Shown one piece after another: positions 33,308-41,043 of a stretch of 41,043 nucleotides of DNA (position 1 is its first letter; each line of letters starts with the position of its first letter). A model generated the notes under the pieces. That model did no database searches. It saw nothing but the letters and a program-made list of their open reading frames with translations, and was not told the DNA's origin. Position numbers and translations under genes: made by a program. The stretch spans positions 1 to 41,043 of the forward strand of contig QKGJ01000132.1 in the NCBI GenBank assembly GCA_003251275.1. Reading direction: 5' to 3'. Source of the stretch: Ignavibacteria bacterium. GTDB taxonomy: Bacteria; Bacteroidota; Ignavibacteria; UBA10030; UBA6906.

Positions 33308-34080
33308 AACTAGACAAGAGTTGGTTGTCTCTGATCATAATTCTTTTCGTTCTCTCCTGTTCACCAAAACCAGTCTCGGTTCTCCTGGATACAGAGAGGA
33401 CGTCAGCGGCAACGTTAATCCGATTGGTGAATGCAAATGAACAGAAAATTCACACCCTTGTCGGGAGCGGACATATCACATTCGATACTCCCGAACTGAG
33501 CGGTACCGCCGCGTTCAGCATTACGATGAAGAAGCCCGACTCTCTTCTTGCTCTCTTTGAAGGCCCGTTCGGAATCGATCTGGGGACGCTCTTCCTTAGC
33601 AGGAATCGGTACCTCATTTATAACAGTTTTGAGAATACGGCGATCACCGGGATTCCAGGGTCGGAAACCTTAAAACTCGCCTTACCAATTGACCTGACAT
33701 ACGATGAGTTGTTGAGTGCCTTTTCGGGGACCATACAGCTGCCGGATGGCCAGAGTGATCTGGCGGGGTACGTGGTCGACGACGAGCAATTTCTTCTCAC
33801 CTATGATTGCGGAAATCTCGTCTGCAAATACTGGGTCGATGCGAGCTATTTGCTCGTAACATCACAACAGGTGTTGGATCAGAGCGGCCAGGTGATAATG
33901 GAGGTCAGGTTCTCGTCGATTCGGGAGCAGGATGCGATTCATGCACCGCGGCGTATCAGACTAAACTTTCCCGAGCGAGGGCGACAGGTGGCGCTCCAAT
34001 ACGGTTCTCTCACGTTGAATGAAGATGCCCCCTCGTTTCAGTTCTCTATTCCTTCCAATGCCCATGTGATCACGCGATGA
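33304..34080 (+). CDS. LolB-like/DUF4292-type outer-membrane lipoprotein
   Basis: 258 aa with the signal peptide plus lipobox MKLDKSWLSLIIILFVLSC. It is translationally coupled (ATGA) on both sides. Its position between a TPR protein and an M23 peptidase matches a conserved Bacteroidota arrangement (family call from memory). Confidence 0.6.
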   Translation: MKLDKSWLSLIIILFVLSCSPKPVSVLLDTERTSAATLIRLVNANEQKIHTLVGSGHITFDTPELSGTAAFSITMKKPDSLLALFEGPFGIDLGTLFLSRNRYLIYNSFENTAITGIPGSETLKLALPIDLTYDELLSAFSGTIQLPDGQSDLAGYVVDDEQFLLTYDCGNLVCKYWVDASYLLVTSQQVLDQSGQVIMEVRFSSIREQDAIHAPRRIRLNFPERGRQVALQYGSLTLNEDAPSFQFSIPSNAHVITR

Positions 34081-35282
34081 TTTTTTGGGCGCGAGTGACA
34101 GCTGCCGTGTTTCTTCTTGCGATGCTGGCGAACGGCATGCCGCGGACCCCACAACAGGAACTTGAAAAGCGGCAATCAGAACTTCAGGGTTTGCGCGACC
34201 AGATCAAGGCTCTCGAAATCAAGATGGATGAACAGCAGCGAAAGGAAACAGCGACACTGGAATTGCTCGATTCTTATGATAAGAAGGCTTCGCTTATCAA
34301 AACACTGCTGACAAGACTTCGTCGTGAAGAAAAAGTAATTCAAGCCAGTGTCGATTCCACCCGATCGGAGATGAATGTTCTCGAAGACCAACTTACCTTT
34401 TTAAAGGCACAGTATGCGAACTACGTCCGTTCGATGTATAAGTCGGGTCGCATGCACGAGATCGATCTCCTTCTCTCGTCGAATTCGATAAATCAATTCT
34501 ATGTCCGGGCTGAGTACTTTCGCCGTTTTGCCGACCAGAGAAGAGAAGATGCGCGCAGGATTGGAATGAAAAAGGCCGAGATTGGAGATATCCAGAACCG
34601 GCTGCAACTCCAGCTTGCAGAAGAACGGCGCTTGATTGCAGAGAAAGGAACAGAAGAAGACAGGCTGGCTCTATCGGTTTCAGAGAGGAAAGATATTCTT
34701 CAACGGATCCGAAAAGACCGGAAGTTGGTACAAAAACAAATGGACCGACAAATGAAAGCGGCGAAGGAGCTTGAGGGCCTCATTGAGAATCTCATCGTTG
34801 CAGATAAGATGAGAAAAGACAAGGAGGCCGAAGAGGTAAGCAAGGGTGTGTTTCCACAACCTCCCCTGGTGACTGGAGCCTTTGAATCAAGGAAAGGTCA
34901 ACTGCGATGGCCGGTGACGAAGGGCGCCGTGGTGGCGAAGTTTGGCAACCAACGACATCCGACACTCGGAACCGTCACGCAGAACAATGGCGTAGATATC
35001 GCGGTGGAAAGCGGCTCTCAAGTGACGGCGGTTGCGGAAGGAGAAGTATCGGCAATAACTTGGCTCCCGTCCTATGGCAACGTTATCATCATAAATCATT
35101 ACAACGGGTATCGGACGGTGGCGACACACCTTGCACAGATTTTTGTCGTGGTCGGACAAAAGGTCTTTGAAGGAACTCCGCTGGGGGAAAGCGGGGAATC
35201 GCTGGAAGGTCCCCGGGTTCATTTCGAAATCTGGAAGGACCGCGAAAAACAAAACCCTGAAGTCTGGCTTGCCAAGCAATGA
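34077..35282 (+). CDS. Coiled-coil M23 peptidase-domain protein (EnvC-like murein hydrolase activator)
   Basis: 401 aa with a signal peptide and a roughly 230-aa coiled coil. The LytM/M23 domain is GVDIAVESGSQVTAVAEGEVSAI...GNVIIINHYNGYRTVATHL...GPRVHFEIW. Confidence 0.85.
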   Translation: MIFWARVTAAVFLLAMLANGMPRTPQQELEKRQSELQGLRDQIKALEIKMDEQQRKETATLELLDSYDKKASLIKTLLTRLRREEKVIQASVDSTRSEMNVLEDQLTFLKAQYANYVRSMYKSGRMHEIDLLLSSNSINQFYVRAEYFRRFADQRREDARRIGMKKAEIGDIQNRLQLQLAEERRLIAEKGTEEDRLALSVSERKDILQRIRKDRKLVQKQMDRQMKAAKELEGLIENLIVADKMRKDKEAEEVSKGVFPQPPLVTGAFESRKGQLRWPVTKGAVVAKFGNQRHPTLGTVTQNNGVDIAVESGSQVTAVAEGEVSAITWLPSYGNVIIINHYNGYRTVATHLAQIFVVVGQKVFEGTPLGESGESLEGPRVHFEIWKDREKQNPEVWLAKQ

Positions 35283-37837
35283 AGCCGCAACGTTTTCTTC
35301 TCCCCGCTCTCTTCACCATTCCGACCGTTCTTCTGGTTGTGTTCCTCCGCGGTCCACTCGAATCCATAGAGAGTGGTTTCACTGACTGGAAGTATCAGTG
35401 GAGAGGCGAGCGGTTGGCCGATACAAACATCGTCATCATTTACAATGATGATAATGCCGTGAAGGCGCTCGGCGGAACGATTCGTCGTAATTTCTACTCC
35501 CTGATGGTCAAGGCACTCACGGACCTCAAAGTCAAAGCGATTGGCATCGATGTTTTTTTCGATTCTGCGGATCCGGTCTATCCCGAGTACGATGATCTAT
35601 TGGCAAGGATGATTGGCAACTCCGGGAAGGTTGTTCTGCCGTCCTATTTCAAACTTGTCGGCGGTCCTGATCAGGACGGTATTCTCCGAGGCGAGGAATA
35701 TCATCCGCCTTTTGCAAGGATTGCTGAACATGCCGCCTTGATTGGCCATGAAAACCTGGGTGAACACTTTGAGGTTCCGGTGGTCATCCGGATAGGTGAC
35801 TCACTCGTTCCGGCGTTCGGTTTTCAATTGTTAAACCTCTATGCCGGTGGACCGCATTCTTTTGCGTCACTTGTTGCCCAGGGGAATGTCCGGCTCAATT
35901 ATCCGGGCCGCATGACTTCATTTACTTCTTACCCATTTCTCGAAGTGCTGAAATCGTACGACGCACTCCGTCGCGATGAGCCAACGAATATTCCAGTTAG
36001 ATCACTGAAGGATAAGATAATCCTTGTCGGAGTTGTTGGCGACGGTACGGGCAAGCTTTTTGAAACACCGTTTGACAGAAGGTTTCCTGCCTTGGGAATT
36101 CATGCGGTGTTTATCGATAACGCTCTCCAGGGAACATTTATCAGCGACGTGGGTTTTCCGATCTTGCTCGTTGTCGCGTTCCTGGTAGGCGTGCTTTGTG
36201 CGATTTCCGTTTTGTTCTTTCCTTCACCACGCAGCCGTATTCTTGCATTCGTGGTTTTGGTCTTTCCTGTCCTTCTTTCCATAATTCTCTTTTCCTGGTG
36301 GAACACGATTCTGCCGATTGGCCCGATCTTTTTGGTTGGACTTGTCTCCCTTGGCGCATCATTCTTCTACAAACATAGGTTGGTGCGCGCCCAGGTTGAT
36401 TCCTTAACCGTGGAACGAATTGAAATCATAAACCAGCTAAAGGACCGGGAAGCGAAGGTTGCATTGCTTGAAAAGGAGTTGCTTGACATTTCACACGTCC
36501 GGACGGCTGACCGGACGACAGAGTTGCTGGAGGAGATTCGACGGCACAAAGCTGAAATAAAGACCCTTTCGTCACGAGCCGATGATATGGAAGTCTTTGA
36601 AGAGACGGAACAAGGGTATTCGCGGGAGATGGCAACGTTCGAAGAACTGGTCTACTCTCCCGCAGGGGCCCTGAAAAACGTGATTGAGTTCATCCAGAAG
36701 ATTGTTGCCAGCGACGCGCCGGTTCTCATCCTTGGAGAAAGTGGAACGGGCAAAGAGCTCGTCGCCAAGGCAATTCACCGTCGCAGCGAGAGAAAAGAAA
36801 ACCCATTCATTGCGTTGAACTGCGGAGCGCTCTCTGAAAGCCTGCTCGAAAGCGAGTTATTTGGGCATGAAAAGGGAGCGTTCACCGGCGCGGTAAAAGA
36901 TAAGATGGGTCGTTTTGAGTTGGCCGATGGAGGAACCATCTTTCTGGACGAGATCGGCGAGGTGAGTGAAGCATTTCAATTGCGTCTCCTCCGCGTTCTG
37001 CAAGAAGGAGAGTTCGAAAGAGTAGGAGGGACTAAGACAATTAAGGTGCAAGTTCGCGTTCTTGCTGCGACAAACAAAGATCTGAAAGAACAGGTGAGAG
37101 TCAAGAAGTTTCGTGAGGACCTGTACTACCGCTTGAACGTCTTTAGTATCGACCTGCCTCCTCTTCGCGATCGGCAAGAGGATATTCCTCTTTTGGTGCG
37201 ATATTTTCTCGGTAGAGAAGACGGCAGCTTGAAAGTTTCAAAAAACGTGATGGACTCATTCACTAATTATTCGTGGCCGGGAAATATCAGGGAATTGGAG
37301 AGCGTAATTCGGAGGGCGGCCCTGCTCGCAAGGGCGGAAAAGCGTACCATGGTGAACATGAAAGATCTCACCGAAGACCTTGTGCAGGCAGTTCAGGGTT
37401 CGATTGCAATTGAAGAACAGATCCTTGAATCCGTTCGCGAAAAGGGGTTTTCGCGGAGTTCGGTCTCAGAAACCGCAAATGAACTTGGTGGACTGAACCG
37501 CGGGACGGTGGCAGAATACTTGCGCGGGCAGTGTCTTCAAGCGTTCACCGAGCAGGGTTTTGACGTTGAGCGAGCGGTGCAGCACATCTCCCTTACCGCT
37601 GACCAGGAGGTCAACATGCGGGTACGGAAAAAACTTCTCGATTACATCAATAATATCAGTGAAGCGGTAGATACCGCCCAGCCTTGGGAGGCAGCGCGGG
37701 TCGGGCTTAAACCGAAGACGAAGAATCTGCCTCAACGGTATCATCCCTATCTCGAAAAGACGGCGGAAGCTCTTTATCGAGGCGTCATAAAACGCACGAG
37801 CCGGTTGCCGCAGAGTTCCGATGACGAAAGCGCCTGA
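35279..37837 (+). CDS. Membrane-anchored sigma-54-dependent transcriptional activator with an N-terminal CHASE2 sensor domain
   Basis: 852 aa. After an N-terminal TM helix comes a CHASE2-like region ([21 protein letters not shown]...[14 protein letters not shown]). Three TM helices span residues about 290-370, followed by a coiled coil. The AAA+ sigma-54 interaction domain has Walker A ([10 protein letters not shown]), an intact GAFTGA loop (EKGAFTGA), Walker B ([11 protein letters not shown]) and the R-finger region. A weak HTH lies at the C-terminus ([19 protein letters not shown]). Confidence 0.85.
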   Translation: MKPQRFLLPALFTIPTVLLVVFLRGPLESIESGFTDWKYQWRGERLADTNIVIIYNDDNAVKALGGTIRRNFYSLMVKALTDLKVKAIGIDVFFDSADPVYPEYDDLLARMIGNSGKVVLPSYFKLVGGPDQDGILRGEEYHPPFARIAEHAALIGHENLGEHFEVPVVIRIGDSLVPAFGFQLLNLYAGGPHSFASLVAQGNVRLNYPGRMTSFTSYPFLEVLKSYDALRRDEPTNIPVRSLKDKIILVGVVGDGTGKLFETPFDRRFPALGIHAVFIDNALQGTFISDVGFPILLVVAFLVGVLCAISVLFFPSPRSRILAFVVLVFPVLLSIILFSWWNTILPIGPIFLVGLVSLGASFFYKHRLVRAQVDSLTVERIEIINQLKDREAKVALLEKELLDISHVRTADRTTELLEEIRRHKAEIKTLSSRADDMEVFEETEQGYSREMATFEELVYSPAGALKNVIEFIQKIVASDAPVLILGESGTGKELVAKAIHRRSERKENPFIALNCGALSESLLESELFGHEKGAFTGAVKDKMGRFELADGGTIFLDEIGEVSEAFQLRLLRVLQEGEFERVGGTKTIKVQVRVLAATNKDLKEQVRVKKFREDLYYRLNVFSIDLPPLRDRQEDIPLLVRYFLGREDGSLKVSKNVMDSFTNYSWPGNIRELESVIRRAALLARAEKRTMVNMKDLTEDLVQAVQGSIAIEEQILESVREKGFSRSSVSETANELGGLNRGTVAEYLRGQCLQAFTEQGFDVERAVQHISLTADQEVNMRVRKKLLDYINNISEAVDTAQPWEAARVGLKPKTKNLPQRYHPYLEKTAEALYRGVIKRTSRLPQSSDDESA

Positions 37838-37846
37838 TTAATTCTC

Positions 37847-37875
37847 TTCCTGCACACTACCTTTTTTTCCCGCAG
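37847..37875 (+). promoter_or_regulatory. Candidate upstream activator sequence 1 (TTCCTGC-N15-CCCGCAG)
   Basis: TTCCTGCACACTACCTTTTTTTCCCGCAG. It shares the 12-mer TTTTTCCCGCAG and the left arm TTCCTGC with the site at 39115..39144. It ends 101 nt upstream of the -24 GG. Confidence 0.4.
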
Positions 37876-37974
37876 TATTGTTCAGTGGATTCTCCTCCGA
37901 ACCCGTGTGGAGCCGACTGATAAGTTCTTCGTTTGAAACATGTTAGGCGGTGCTTGAAGGTTGCCGCAAACCTC

Positions 37975-37990
37975 TGGCATGATGATTGGG
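37975..37990 (+). promoter_or_regulatory. Sigma-54-type -24/-12 promoter (imperfect -12) for lipoprotein paralog A
   Basis: TGGCATGATGATTGGG compared with the consensus TGGCACGrNNNTTGCW. The spacing is correct, and -12 reads TTGG instead of TTGC. It lies 57 nt upstream of ATG 38047. Confidence 0.5.
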
Positions 37991-38046
37991 ATATACCTCT
38001 CCAGCAAGAATAATCACATTTCATTTACATATATCAGGAGAGGATC

Positions 38047-39021
38047 ATGAAAGCCTTACACGCGTTGTTTGCCATTCTTGCGTTCGCAGGAATCGCCATC
38101 ACTGGATGTACGAAGGACGTAACTGCACCGGAGAATGAGCAGGCTCCGGCCGGAGTTACAAACGAAATCGAGTCGATGAAGCTCATGGCATCTCAGGATG
38201 CATTTGTCCAGAACGATGAGCTGACCTTCGAGGATCGCGAGATCGAACCGATGGAGACGGGAACATTCGGCAAGATTGAAGCCGAGATCACTCCACTGCG
38301 GTTCGGTAGATTCATTAACAGCGTGACAACGACAATAACCGCCACCATAGCACCTGGAGACAGCCTTGCGGTCGCTCACGTGCAAAAAGATATTGAGGGG
38401 ATTTTCAAAATCAAAGCTATAAATGGGGTTGGAGATACAGTGTTGGTGGAAAAACCATTTGAAGATCGAGCGACACGAAATGTTATCTTTAAACGTATAC
38501 ACCGCGATAATGCCCGATTTTGGAGAAACTGGATTCCCGTTGCAACATCTTTGGTTGATGGTGGCACGGTCTCAAATAGTCCCAGCCAAATTGACTTAAC
38601 AAAGCTGCAAATGTTCCTTCCGAACGGCGACACAGTGACGGTGACGGATCCGAACAGCTTCTACTTGCGCTACCGGTGGTTGCGCTTGTTTGATGGAGGA
38701 AGACTGGACATCCCGGAATTGAGAGGGGGCGATCGCGTGATTCTGCAGGCAACATTGGTAAGTGCATCTCCCGATACCGATTTCGTCGCGCTTCGTTTGG
38801 GATATGGACTGGGAAACCACCGTAGAACCCGGATGGAACTCGTCTCAGATGTCGACAACGGGGATGGAACATTTACTCGTGTGTACCAAAAAGCCTGGTT
38901 CTGTCATTTCCATACTGGATTCTTCCATGCAGGCGTTGTCGCAGTAACGAAGGAAACTCTCTTTGACGATTCGGCCCCCTATGCTGCGAGCTGGTGGGGG
39001 ATTCCTTATCGTGTGTTCTAG
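38047..39021 (+). CDS. Lipoprotein of unknown function, paralog A
   Basis: 324 aa. The signal peptide plus lipobox is MKALHALFAILAFAGIAITGC, and a GGAGAGGA RBS precedes the start. It is collinear with 39338..40330 at roughly 60% identity (by eye), including EQAPAGVTNE, AEITPLRFGRF, INGVGDTV, RNW(I/V)PVATSLVDGGT, FLPNGDT(V/I)TVTDPNS(F/Y)YLRYRWLR and the C-terminal WWGIPYRVF. Confidence 0.8.
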   Translation: MKALHALFAILAFAGIAITGCTKDVTAPENEQAPAGVTNEIESMKLMASQDAFVQNDELTFEDREIEPMETGTFGKIEAEITPLRFGRFINSVTTTITATIAPGDSLAVAHVQKDIEGIFKIKAINGVGDTVLVEKPFEDRATRNVIFKRIHRDNARFWRNWIPVATSLVDGGTVSNSPSQIDLTKLQMFLPNGDTVTVTDPNSFYLRYRWLRLFDGGRLDIPELRGGDRVILQATLVSASPDTDFVALRLGYGLGNHRRTRMELVSDVDNGDGTFTRVYQKAWFCHFHTGFFHAGVVAVTKETLFDDSAPYAASWWGIPYRVF

Positions 39022-39046
39022 GACTAACTGAAATACTCTCCACACG

Positions 39047-39075
39047 GAAGCCCGCCTTTGAAGCGGGCTTCTTGC
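39047..39075 (+). terminator. Rho-independent terminator after paralog A
   Basis: GAAGCCCGC-CTTTGAA-GCGGGCTTC followed by TTG. The T-tract is weak. Confidence 0.6.
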
Positions 39076-39114
39076 GTCATAGTTCGTTTGGACAGATGTG
39101 CATGAAAGATCTGA

Positions 39115-39144
39115 TTCCTGCGATCGAAGAGATTTTTCCCGCAG
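39115..39144 (+). promoter_or_regulatory. Candidate upstream activator sequence 2 (TTCCTGC-N16-CCCGCAG)
   Basis: TTCCTGCGATCGAAGAGATTTTTCCCGCAG. CTGCG and CGCAG form an inverted repeat. It ends 99 nt upstream of the -24 GG. Confidence 0.4.
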
Positions 39145-39241
39145 CTTTGCTCTTGGCAGAGCACCGTTAACCCCTGCCTCACCGATCGTAACTGCCCACT
39201 GGAAAAGGAGTTATAGAAAGAGCCTTCCACGAGCCCGATGA

Positions 39242-39257
39242 TGGCATGGGCATTGCC
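39242..39257 (+). promoter_or_regulatory. Sigma-54-type -24/-12 promoter for lipoprotein paralog B
   Basis: TGGCATGGGCATTGCC compared with the consensus TGGCACGrNNNTTGCW. GG and GC sit at the exact canonical spacing. It lies 81 nt upstream of ATG 39338. Confidence 0.65.
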
Positions 39258-39337
39258 GTTTTCAATGTGGTAGGGAAGAAAACGCAAAAGAAAGTAGTCA
39301 CAAAACAACATAATCAACAACACAGAGGGGTAACACA

Positions 39338-40330
39338 ATGAAAAAACAACTCGAAATCCTGTTCGGATTTGCGCTGATCGCAGGAATCATGTTGACTGGG
39401 TGTAAGGACAGCGCCGGTCCAGTTGACGATGAGCAGGCGCCAGCAGGTGTTACTAACGAAATGGATGCGATGAAATACTTCGCACTTCAGGATGAGTTTG
39501 TGAAGAATACGGAAGAAACAATCTCAGACGACAATCTCTATCCGGCAGATTACGGAACCTTCGGGAAGGTCACCGCGGAAATCACCCCGCTCCGGTTTGG
39601 TAGGTTTGTCACGAGCGTTACACGGACGGCAACGCCGACTATTCTTCCTGGTGATTCCATTGCAATCGTTCTTGTGGAAAAGGAAATCATGGGATTGTTC
39701 AAGATTCGTGGAATTAACGGGGTTGGGGATACAGTGACCATCGAAAAACCGTTCACTGATAATAGTACGCGTAACCTAGTCTTCAAACGAATAGATCGGG
39801 ACTCTCGGAGGTATTGGAGAAATTGGGTTCCTGTTGCCACGTCTCTTGTTGACGGAGGAACGGCTACGCCAAACGATAATATCGACATCACGATGGTTCA
39901 GCTCTTTCTTCCAAACGGTGATACGATTACCGTAACAGATCCGAACAGTTACTACCTCCGGTATCGTTGGCTGCGAATGTATGATGGTGGACGGAAGGAC
40001 GTTCCAGAGTTCTCCGCAAATCAACGGGCGATTCTCCAGGCCACCGTCGTGAGCGCTTCCGCTGATACGGATTTCGTGGCGTTGCGCTATGGTGTAGGCA
40101 CATTCCAGAAGCGCCGGATGAGATTGGCTCTCGTTTCGGAAGTGAACAATGGTGACGGCACGTATACCCGCGTCTATCAAACCAGGGATGGTGGTATGCC
40201 AGGGTTCGTCATTCATCCTCACAGAGGCTGGTTCCATGCCGCCGTGGATGCAATGACGCGCGAAACTCTGTATGACGATACAGCGCCGTACTCGGTCAAT
40301 TGGTGGGGAATACCTTATAGGGTGTTCTAA
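39338..40330 (+). CDS. Lipoprotein of unknown function, paralog B
   Basis: 330 aa. The signal peptide plus lipobox is MKKQLEILFGFALIAGIMLTGC, and an AGAGGGG RBS precedes the start. It is a paralog of 38047..39021. Confidence 0.8.
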   Translation: MKKQLEILFGFALIAGIMLTGCKDSAGPVDDEQAPAGVTNEMDAMKYFALQDEFVKNTEETISDDNLYPADYGTFGKVTAEITPLRFGRFVTSVTRTATPTILPGDSIAIVLVEKEIMGLFKIRGINGVGDTVTIEKPFTDNSTRNLVFKRIDRDSRRYWRNWVPVATSLVDGGTATPNDNIDITMVQLFLPNGDTITVTDPNSYYLRYRWLRMYDGGRKDVPEFSANQRAILQATVVSASADTDFVALRYGVGTFQKRRMRLALVSEVNNGDGTYTRVYQTRDGGMPGFVIHPHRGWFHAAVDAMTRETLYDDTAPYSVNWWGIPYRVF

Positions 40331-40340
40331 GCGATGGGAG

Positions 40341-40380
40341 AGGAAATGCCCCACAGAAAAATGGGGCATTTCCTTTCTTC
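40341..40380 (+). terminator. Rho-independent terminator after paralog B
   Basis: AGGAAATGCCCCA-CAGAAAAA-TGGGGCATTTCCT followed by TTCTTCC. The stem is 13 bp. Confidence 0.7.
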
Positions 40381-40423
40381 CTTGAAATTGAGGTGGGAAA
40401 TAAAGAACTTTTGGATACGATCG

Positions 40424-41043
40424 ATGATTAAGAAGAGACAAATACTCATTGCCCTCCTTCTGGGAGCGCTGCATGCAGGATGTGAGAAGCCCGGTCCCGT
40501 GGAGATCACTCCAATTGATCCCGATGATGTTCTGCTTGTCGAACAAATCGATCAAACACATCCTCAGTTTGACGGTCAGTCGGTCGACTCAACCGGCTTT
40601 CCGGCTTCATCATTATTTTCCTTCGCAGGATATTTTCTTGTTAATCATGTTTCGATCGATCGTGGTCAGGGAATTCGGTCATTTGCCTATTCCGCTGTGT
40701 TGCTTGCAGACAGAAATCGGCCAATATCGTGTGGTGATCAACGCATCCGCGGATATCATGGGATCTTTATTCCTTCGCTCAGCCTGAACGGTCAACCCAT
40801 GGTGATACTGCCGCATGTAATCCGCAACTGTGCAGACACAGTACAAGCTGGCTTCGAGTATTTGCTCGATCTCTCCTCCAACTATCAGCCAAATTCTCGT
40901 TATCGATGGGGGTTCCGATCGTTGGTCGGAGATTCGCTCAGCCTTGAGGTGAACACTCCGGACGCACTCACATTGCTCCGCCCCGCTGGAGGTTCTGTGC
41001 AGGGAAGAAATCAGATGATGCCGATTGAGTGGACAGGGATGGG
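40424..41043 (+). CDS. Lipoprotein of unknown function, 3'-truncated by the window edge (absent from the supplied ORF track)
   Basis: My own translation from ATG 40424 gives MIKKRQILIALLLGALHAGCEKPGPVEITPIDPDD... with an LHAGC lipobox. The frame stays open for 206 codons to the end of the window. A GAGGTGGGA lies about 25 nt upstream. Confidence 0.55.
   Translation, partial: MIKKRQILIALLLGALHAGCEKPGPVEITPIDPDDVLLVEQIDQTHPQFDGQSVDSTGFPASSLFSFAGYFLVNHVSIDRGQGIRSFAYSAVLLADRNRPISCGDQRIRGYHGIFIPSLSLNGQPMVILPHVIRNCADTVQAGFEYLLDLSSNYQPNSRYRWGFRSLVGDSLSLEVNTPDALTLLRPAGGSVQGRNQMMPIEWTGM

Larger units (their letters stand above)
38047..40330 (+). repeat. Tandem gene duplication (two diverged copies of a roughly 1-kb lipoprotein gene, each with its own promoter region)
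   Basis: The two copies are collinear at protein level, and DNA similarity is recognisable (e.g. gagcaggctccggccggagttacaaacgaaat versus gagcaggcgccagcaggtgttactaacgaaat). Confidence 0.8.

Noticed and set aside
39776-40561. 261-aa minus-strand ORF
   Set aside because: It runs antisense to paralog B, whose frame is validated by its paralog at 38047..39021. It also crosses a strong terminator hairpin and the start of the next lipoprotein gene. It has no motifs.
40449-40787. 112-aa plus-strand ORF
   Set aside because: It is out of frame with the longer open-ended ORF starting at 40424, which has a proper lipoprotein signal peptide. I judge it to be a shadow ORF.
1-41043. CRISPR arrays, rRNA genes, IS elements, prophage genes and recognisable defence systems
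   Set aside because: I scanned both strands. I saw no short regularly spaced direct repeats and no cas, transposase, integrase or phage structural signatures. The only nucleic-acid-modification gene is the orphan atypical methyltransferase.

Overview
This looks like a chromosomal segment with no obvious mobile DNA, from an FCB-superphylum bacterium (Ignavibacteria/Bacteroidota-like). The placement rests on two secreted repeat proteins ending in the Por/T9SS C-terminal sorting domain (NYPNPFNPST...), many lipoproteins, and -24/-12 promoter elements. I can support about 35 protein-coding genes. I also support three minus-strand tRNAs (Glu-UUC, Arg-UCU, Pro-UGG), one multiply frameshifted pseudogene inside that tRNA cluster, five Rho-independent terminators and two sigma-54-type promoters. 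I found no rRNA, CRISPR array, transposase or integrase. Gene content from left to right: (1) a vWA lipoprotein with a polytopic membrane protein; (2) a T9SS beta-propeller cargo; (3) two unrelated B12-binding radical SAM enzymes bracketing a cold-shock gene, a small winged-helix gene, an orphan NarL-type response regulator, a receiver-domain fragment and a 66-aa ORF; (4) the tRNA cluster; (5) an FG-GAP T9SS cargo; (6) an 838-aa protein with 11 TPR-like units, followed by a TonB-family protein whose long cytoplasmic N-terminus carries the same unit; (7) GNAT/nitrilase and AmpG-like MFS genes; (8) pterin dehydratase and an atypical methyltransferase; (9) an aminotransferase, CDP-alcohol phosphatidyltransferase and nucleotidyltransferase operon; (10) a zinc-ribbon S8 protease with a CBM48 domain; (11) opcA-pgl-glk; (12) an iodotyrosine-deiodinase-like flavoenzyme; (13) a TPR, DUF4292-like and M23 (EnvC-like) envelope cluster. 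That envelope cluster is translationally coupled to a membrane-anchored CHASE2 sigma-54 activator. Immediately downstream are two tandem paralogous lipoprotein genes, each with its own -24/-12 promoter and a shared dyad motif about 100 bp upstream. My strongest candidates for undescribed biology are the CHASE2-EBP/paralogous-lipoprotein module, the repeat-protein/TonB pair, and the aminotransferase/CDP-alcohol operon. All functional calls come from motif recognition by eye. No database search was run.
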